Virus record (IMG/VR): IMGVR_UViG_3300035501_001483
DNA from: a virus
Lineage: Duplodnaviria; Caudoviricetes
Direction: 5' to 3' (one strand)
Length of the DNA stretch: 64,000 nucleotides
Positions within the stretch are counted from its first letter, which is position 1. Every line of letters begins with the position of its first letter. The notes under the pieces were generated by a model. That model saw nothing but the letters and a program-made list of their open reading frames with translations, did not search any database and was not told the DNA's origin. Shown here one piece after another: positions 58,379 to 64,000 of the stretch. Made by a program: the position numbers and the translations under genes.

Positions 58379-60268
58379 TTAGCAGATGCTCAGGAACAGC
58401 ATGAACTCAGACACCAGGATATCGGTGTTGACATCGTCGCAGATTCGTCCATTGATCTCAGGGTCCGTATCCACAAATTCAAAGGTGGAATTGATCATGG
58501 TAGACAACATCTTCACGATGGGATCCTCTTTGAGGCCTAACTCGGCAATGTACCGATACTTGTCGGAGATGATGTGCTGATACACGGAAGAAGTTGTAAA
58601 CTTCTCCAGGAACTTGGCGTTCTTGATGCAGGTATCCTTGAATTTACCACGAACCATGGCGGTGCAGATCTGCGGCAGAATCACCATACCTCTGTACTGG
58701 AGGAACTTCTTCATGTAAACTGCCAGCTCGACCGCATTGCGCTTATCCAGCAAGCGGATGGCGTTGGTATCGTGGAAGTACTTGGAGAAGAATGCGTGCA
58801 GCAGTCCTTGCGTCAGAGAGTTGAACTTCATATGCTCGAAGTAGAAGTCGATCTCCTCTTCGGTCGCATTGACATTGAAACGCTTTCTGATCTGCGCCAT
58901 AACCTGGATGGTATTGGTCTCGTTGACCAGCTGGTTGGATTCGTCGACCCGGGAGATCTGCATCTCCAGCGTCTCCACATGAGACAGATAATCATCGGAG
59001 TCGCTATCTTCCACTTCAATCTCCACGGGCTTGAACTTGAAGTTCTCGTAGCGATAGTGCGTGTAGCTGTGCGTGATGATGCCGTCAATGAAGGAGACGA
59101 TAGACCGATTGTATGCCAACTTGTGCAAGCTCTTGACCAGAATTACCTCATGAATGAGCGATGCTGCATAGAGTTCCACGGTCGTGCCATACAACTGCTT
59201 CTTCTTCTCCCAGATGATGGCATCGGAGGTATGAGAACGTTCCACACGATATGCCACAAAGCGGCAGATAGGATTCCAGATCTCCGTGTCACCCTCTTCG
59301 AACTTCTCCACCACTTTCATGAAGATACGATCGAAGCAATCGATGTAGTCCCTCTTATTGATGAAAGTGGCGTTGGTGTTGCTGAAATGGATGCAGGTCG
59401 GCAGAATCAATCTGATACAGAAGGAAACTGCCACGATCATACGGGCATGATCATTGGTGATCTTGGGCGTAGTCTTGTATTTCCCATCCACGTCGGTGTT
59501 GATGTTGAGCTTATACAGATCCAATGCCATGTGCTTGACCTTATATACCATGGACTTGGTGACCATTCTGTTGATGATCATCTTGGTAAAGGCCTTCTGT
59601 GGCATGGTAGGATGCCGGTCGATGTAGTTCTTCACCGAGAGCGCAGCTACCAGGTACTCATGGTCAGGGTCATAATGCGAGATGAAATAGTTGATGTGCT
59701 GGAGAATGTCGGGAATGCGCTCCTTATAGTGCCGCTTGGCAATGATATACTGGAGCATCTGGCGATCTTCAGGGACGTTAAACATCCGAGTCAGATAGTC
59801 AGCGATAATCATCCCATCTCGCTCTGTGAAGAAGACTTCATCGGGGGCGGGTTGCCATGCCATGATGTCAGGTACGTCAGGATGATCATAGAACTCCTCA
59901 TGGCCTTTTAAGGTCACGGGAGCTGCTTCGGGAATGCGATAGGTGAGCGGGTCCTCTGCATCTTCCACGCCATCAAAGATGGTGATCTTCGACAGACGCG
60001 TATCAGGATCGGTGATGGTCTTAACAGTCACCACTTCTCCTGCCGGCACTGAGTGGATCACATCGTCCGGTGTAACGTATGGAGAATCTCCCGGTTCTAC
60101 CTTGATATTCCCAATCAAAGTGGGCTCAAAGGCCTCTTCTGAAGGAGGGTCTGTATCTACACACGGACTCTCGTCTACGAGAGGCTCCTGAGCGATTTCG
60201 ACCTCTCCAGAGGCCGGAGTTTGCTGGGTTTCCAGAGACCCTTCTTTCGATTTTTTAGCTCTTGCCAT
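58379..60268 (-). CDS. Non-virion RNAP promoter-specificity (sigma-like) subunit, AR9 gp226-like
   Basis: Colinear matches to AR9 gp226 as I recall it: KRHY, IRLILP, RV...SDAIIW, KLAYNRSIVSFID, KP, LSHVETLE..ISRVDE, NSLTQ, ILPQI, TDILVSEFMLFL; extra acidic N-terminus. Confidence 0.8.
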   Translation of the reverse strand: MARAKKSKEGSLETQQTPASGEVEIAQEPLVDESPCVDTDPPSEEAFEPTLIGNIKVEPGDSPYVTPDDVIHSVPAGEVVTVKTITDPDTRLSKITIFDGVEDAEDPLTYRIPEAAPVTLKGHEEFYDHPDVPDIMAWQPAPDEVFFTERDGMIIADYLTRMFNVPEDRQMLQYIIAKRHYKERIPDILQHINYFISHYDPDHEYLVAALSVKNYIDRHPTMPQKAFTKMIINRMVTKSMVYKVKHMALDLYKLNINTDVDGKYKTTPKITNDHARMIVAVSFCIRLILPTCIHFSNTNATFINKRDYIDCFDRIFMKVVEKFEEGDTEIWNPICRFVAYRVERSHTSDAIIWEKKKQLYGTTVELYAASLIHEVILVKSLHKLAYNRSIVSFIDGIITHSYTHYRYENFKFKPVEIEVEDSDSDDYLSHVETLEMQISRVDESNQLVNETNTIQVMAQIRKRFNVNATEEEIDFYFEHMKFNSLTQGLLHAFFSKYFHDTNAIRLLDKRNAVELAVYMKKFLQYRGMVILPQICTAMVRGKFKDTCIKNAKFLEKFTTSSVYQHIISDKYRYIAELGLKEDPIVKMLSTMINSTFEFVDTDPEINGRICDDVNTDILVSEFMLFLSIC

Positions 60269-60392
60269 GTTATTTCAGGTCCTTTCTGTGCGTATTTGAA
60301 ATGACGCTGCGGAAGCGCCAAATCTTTCATAAATTAAAATGTATTACGAGCTTCCTCCAAGGACATGATATTGCCATGTAGAAATATACGGG

Positions 60393-61190
60393 TCAATGAC
60401 GACCTATCTTCTTGATCTTGGAGATGAAACTGCTCTTCTTCGTCTTGGGTGTTTTGGAGCTCGTCTGTACCTTGGGCGTCTTGGGAGAAGCTTTCACTTT
60501 ATTGGGATCTTTTCCCTGTGCAATAAGCTTCTCTCGTCTGGCCTCCTCTTTGGCTTTACGAGCTGCTTCAGCATCAGCTTTGCGCTTCCTGACCGCTTCG
60601 GTGTCGGGTGCTCTTTCGTACTGATCTTCTACCTGGTCTTGCGTCTGGACATTGGCAAAGATGTCCTTTTCAGTGCATCGCAGGCTCTTCTCCAAAAGAT
60701 CGGAAGCATGAGTGCTGCGAAGTTTCTGGAAGACGTACCACATGGACGTGTATACGGTTCTTTCATAGCCCACAATGCGAGCAGGATTCCTGGTATTGGG
60801 ATCCTTGCGCATGATCTTACGGTCATACTTCTTCTTTAGCCAAGAGCAAAACAGCCCTCGTTCTTCAAACACTTTGGCATAGGTGTAATAGAACGACGGA
60901 CTATTGGAGAACACGCGAAATGGCAATCTAGCAATGGAGACTTTGGAGTTGGGCTCCAGAGCACTGCAGTCCAGTTCAATCACGATATCATAATGGACGC
61001 CCTTCTTTGTACGAGAGGGCAGCTTCACATGAATCATGAGACGCTTATCCTTGGTGGAATAGACGCTGTGCTGAATGGGCTCAGGATAATCATTTTGAAG
61101 TTCGCGGGTAACGGTGTCTCTGATCATTGCGGTGGGCGCAACGTTGGAGCCTTTCCCATAAGGATTGGCCAAATATTCACCTAAAGTCAT
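60393..61190 (-). CDS. Hypothetical protein with basic C-terminus
   Basis: GGGAGG RBS; late promoter 61211-61223. Confidence 0.7.
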   Translation of the reverse strand: MTLGEYLANPYGKGSNVAPTAMIRDTVTRELQNDYPEPIQHSVYSTKDKRLMIHVKLPSRTKKGVHYDIVIELDCSALEPNSKVSIARLPFRVFSNSPSFYYTYAKVFEERGLFCSWLKKKYDRKIMRKDPNTRNPARIVGYERTVYTSMWYVFQKLRSTHASDLLEKSLRCTEKDIFANVQTQDQVEDQYERAPDTEAVRKRKADAEAARKAKEEARREKLIAQGKDPNKVKASPKTPKVQTSSKTPKTKKSSFISKIKKIGRH

Positions 61191-61436
61191 AAGAGACATA
61201 CCTCCCTTCTTTAGTGTGATGTATGTGAAAGAGTTTATTTTAAAATGTATTACACTTGTGACTTGGATAAATTTGAGGCGATTTGAGTTTTCTTTATATA
61301 TCATCCTGATGAGAATAGCAAACCATTGAATAGAATGATGGAATTTGCTTGAAAGTGTAGCATGAGCGTGGAAATAGCCTACGCTTCAGCGGCATAGAAA
61401 GAACCCTGGCAGAGCAACTTCACTTCAGAGATTCCC

Positions 61437-61466
61437 GTATTTACCCGCTTTTCACTCGTATATCAT
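61437..61466 (+). promoter_or_regulatory. Early promoter GTATTT-N17-ATATCAT
   Basis: Directly upstream of the tRNA-like element. Confidence 0.7.
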
Positions 61467-61482
61467 TTTTATGAGAAAGAAA

Positions 61483-61555
61483 AAGACCATAGCTCAGATG
61501 GGAGAGCGTCAGTCTAATAAACTGAAGGTCGTCGGTTCGAGTCCGGCTGGGTGGC
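61483..61555 (+). tRNA. tRNA-like RNA, anticodon AAT (Ile), degenerate acceptor stem
   Basis: D arm GCTC/GAGC; anticodon arm TCAGT-CTAATAA-ACTGA; T arm GTCGG-TTCGAGT-CCGGC; acceptor only 3-4 bp; no CCA. Confidence 0.65.
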
Positions 61556-61647
61556 TGGCGCCCGAAAGGGCGCTGGCTTCTTTCTTGCCGTCAACTCAAA
61601 AAAAATTGAGAAGGATATGCTACCATGAGCATATCCTTCTTTTCATC

Positions 61648-62169
61648 CTAATCATGCCAGAGGTAAATGGTTCCATCGCCAGTACCCCACTTGGTCTTTT
61701 TCATATCGATCAGGCGTTGGTTACTGCTGCCTCTAAAGAGTAGACTGATATCTTTCTTTTCTTGTATGAAGGGGCCGTCTACCAGCACATCAAGATATTC
61801 CATCATCAGTTGGGCACATATACCTACGCCGCCGCATCTGATGTCTTCATAGGTGTATCCAGTATATAGCCAAATGGAAGTATTGGGCACCTCTTCACGC
61901 ACTCTCTGCACAAACTTCAACACAGTTCTCTGGTTGGGAGGTGCCAACGGCTCTCCACCCAGAAGGGTAAGACCATTGATCTCCGGCGTTTGCAGGGCAG
62001 TGATGATGCTATCTTCTACTTCCTTGGTGAAAGGGTCGCCATAGTTGTAAGGCCAGGCAACCTCATTGAAACAGCCAGGGCAATGATGAGGGCATCCAGA
62101 GACAAATACTGAGACTCTCACGCCAGGTCCATCGGCAATGTCAGTCCATTTGATATTTGCATAATTCAT
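61648..62169 (-). CDS. nrdG: Anaerobic ribonucleotide reductase activating enzyme
   Basis: GPGVRVSVFVSGCPHHCPGCFN, LLGGEP, DVLVDGPF, RGSSNQR. Confidence 0.96.
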   Translation of the reverse strand: MNYANIKWTDIADGPGVRVSVFVSGCPHHCPGCFNEVAWPYNYGDPFTKEVEDSIITALQTPEINGLTLLGGEPLAPPNQRTVLKFVQRVREEVPNTSIWLYTGYTYEDIRCGGVGICAQLMMEYLDVLVDGPFIQEKKDISLLFRGSSNQRLIDMKKTKWGTGDGTIYLWHD

Positions 62170-62264
62170 AATGGATAACCTCCTTCAAGAAAGAATAAAT
62201 GATTGCTCTAGATAGGGAATGTAAAAGAGTCTATGGAAATTCGTTCCCATAGACTCTGTTCAGA

Positions 62265-63572
62265 TTAAATGGTGGAGCTTCCGCCCACAAAGGTGGCTTG
62301 GACTTGGACTGTATACATGGAGCTCTCCTTGGTGAAGGTAGCTGCCATGTTGGAGATCCGATAATGGCCAATATAGTCCTGATATTCCGTGTTATCTGTG
62401 GTGAAGATGTAGTCCTTATTGGGAGAAAGAGCCCGGATATTTACATCTTGCGCCACGATATTGAGCGTTTTCTGAGACTGCTCCATGGTTGTCTTGGCGT
62501 GCTCGGCTGTATCTTCACCTTCATCCTGGACAACCACACGATTGACGAGGCCTTTCTTGGACGTGGAAAGCTCGGAGACTTTCAGGTCACTATTGAGCGT
62601 AGTGACTTCACCGGTGTTGGAGTTGATAGACAGGATATTGCCACCTACCAACTGATCTCCAAACATAGATTCGTTCGTCACGGAGATGGAGTTGCCGATG
62701 ATATTGATCGCGCAGTACTTCTCCTTACCATTGGCATAGAAACCAGACTTCATCGTTGCACTGTCGCCCTTAGCCGGGAAAGACGTTAAGTAGACCGTCT
62801 TGATCTCGTTATTGATCCAGGCGGTTGCGCCCAGCTTTTTATTGAGGACGTAAATGAAATCATAGTCAAAGAAGACTGTCGTACCTGCCTTGTGAAGGCT
62901 GTAGATGTTACAGGTTCGCAGCAGGCCTTGAGAGGCTGCCAGTGGAGGCAAGATGAGCTGATCGAAGGTCTTTACGTTGTCACTGGGGCTCATCAGAACG
63001 TTGGAGAGACCCAGTTTGGACATATAGTATGCCACGGCATCGGTGGCCGTCGCACCACTCAGCACCTTATTGATGATCTGGTTGGAGTTGAAGATGTGAT
63101 CGGATCGATAGAGACCCATCACCAGGGACTTGTTATTATCATAGGCATACTGAGTCGAGGTCTCATCATTATCTTCCAGCTCAGATTTGGCCTTCTCACC
63201 AGGAGATGCGCTGGTCAGCTTTGGGGACTGGTTATCAATGAATGCATAGAAGCGGGTATCCAAGATGGTGCCCATCATGTTGATGGCGGTGTCGGGGTCC
63301 ATCTCATAAATGTCTTCAAAGAGGCCATATTCGATCTTCAGGTCTACATAGACATCTTCAGAAGCTTCCATAACGTCGGAGTAGACCTGGTCAGGCACGA
63401 TGCAACGGAACTCCAAATAGGGATAGAGATAGTTATCATAGTCCTTCTCAATCACCCAGTTACCAATACGAGCTGGATTCACTTCATAGGGCTCGTCATA
63501 GCCAGGGATAATCAGGTTGAATTTGCTGATCTTATATTTGGCAAACTTAAACTCTATATCTTTAACATCCAT
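62265..63572 (-). CDS. Late structural protein, probable baseplate hub
   Basis: Late promoter 63615-63627; hub-like pattern (IEKDYD..YP, QLILPP, GHYRI). Confidence 0.55.
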   Translation of the reverse strand: MDVKDIEFKFAKYKISKFNLIIPGYDEPYEVNPARIGNWVIEKDYDNYLYPYLEFRCIVPDQVYSDVMEASEDVYVDLKIEYGLFEDIYEMDPDTAINMMGTILDTRFYAFIDNQSPKLTSASPGEKAKSELEDNDETSTQYAYDNNKSLVMGLYRSDHIFNSNQIINKVLSGATATDAVAYYMSKLGLSNVLMSPSDNVKTFDQLILPPLAASQGLLRTCNIYSLHKAGTTVFFDYDFIYVLNKKLGATAWINNEIKTVYLTSFPAKGDSATMKSGFYANGKEKYCAINIIGNSISVTNESMFGDQLVGGNILSINSNTGEVTTLNSDLKVSELSTSKKGLVNRVVVQDEGEDTAEHAKTTMEQSQKTLNIVAQDVNIRALSPNKDYIFTTDNTEYQDYIGHYRISNMAATFTKESSMYTVQVQATFVGGSSTI

Positions 63573-63737
63573 TTCAAAGATTCGCCTTCTTCACTTCGAG
63601 GGATTGCTTCTTGATTAGCCGATTGTCAATGGGCTCGAAATTGGTGTGAGAGATGAGAATAACAGAGCGATAAAATTCTGACTTTTATCGTACTATGTAC
63701 ATATAGAAGATAATACCTTTTGAAGGAGGAGAATTTT

Positions 63738-63929
63738 ATGGCACTTCCTGACGTAAACACCATTCGTGAGTACTACCTGAGTGGTAAGTGGAACGATAGA
63801 ATGCTGCAGGTGGCGTTGGTCTGCAAAGCCATCACCAAGGACGATGTGGAGTCCATCAAGGCCGAGAAAGCCGCCGCTGCTGAGAAGTCTACCAAAAAGA
63901 GCAGCAAGAAGAGCAAGGCTACTACCTGA
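63738..63929 (+). CDS. XkdX-family protein
   Basis: IREYYLSGKWNDRMLQVALVCKAITKDDVESI fits the XkdX pattern; late promoter 63661-63673; AAGGAGG RBS. Confidence 0.7.
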   Translation: MALPDVNTIREYYLSGKWNDRMLQVALVCKAITKDDVESIKAEKAAAAEKSTKKSSKKSKATT

Positions 63930-63973
63930 AAGAAGAGACGATACCTGACGGCGCAGGTATCGTCTCTTCTTTT
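63930..63973 (+). terminator. Intrinsic terminator
   Basis: aagaagagacgatacctg...caggtatcgtctcttctttt. Confidence 0.85.
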
Positions 63974-63974
63974 A

Positions 63975-63996
63975 AGTCGTTCAAGGAACGACTGTT
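63975..63996 (+). repeat. Cassette hairpin, copy 4 (AGTCGTTC-AAG-GAACGACT-GTT)
   Basis: Third stem variant; predicted cassette continues beyond the window. Confidence 0.85.
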
Positions 63997-64000
63997 CATG

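Noticed and set aside
61305-61432. Hammerhead ribozyme (CTGATGA...GAAA)
   Set aside because: Stem I cannot be formed convincingly and the base of stem II is disrupted
1-64000. Genome-wide stop-codon reassignment
   Set aside because: Conserved genes are intact in code 11 and end in TAA, TGA or TAG; the only interruptions are explained by introns

Overview
A 64-kb segment of an AR9/PBS1/phiKZ-like jumbo myophage genome in the standard genetic code. The strong GGAGG RBSs, rubrerythrin, NrdG and XkdX point to an anaerobic Bacillota (gut clostridial) host; this is inference. It encodes split multisubunit RNA polymerases: virion RNAP beta' N and C pieces, non-virion RNAP beta-N and beta'-C, and an AR9 gp226-like promoter-specificity subunit. 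It also encodes a prohead protease, major capsid protein, intron-split terminase, tail sheath and tube, a fragmented family-B DNA polymerase, NAD ligase, Dda-like helicase, dCMP deaminase, DHFR and NrdG. Two phage promoter classes are visible: late (N)ACA-N6-TAA and early (GTATTT-N17-)ATATCAT. Most notable observations: (1) a dispersed family of ~630-bp cassettes, each opening with a covarying AGTC-N3-C-AAG-G-N3-GACT-GTT hairpin and carrying a divergent, AT-rich, SD-less Ser/Thr-rich ORF, a candidate archive of variable adhesins; (2) a group I intron in RNAP beta' that must splice at a terminal A, skipping a canonical omega-G that is followed by a fossil alternative exon (KFIGEPLT-stop), and that has two internal guide sequences; (3) a probable UGA-readthrough extension of the capsid protein and a domain shared by capsid and sheath; (4) a 3' UTR complementary to the sheath RBS 3.9 kb upstream; (5) several candidate ncRNAs, including a tRNA-like RNA with an AAT anticodon. 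All family assignments come from recognising motifs by eye, not from database searches.
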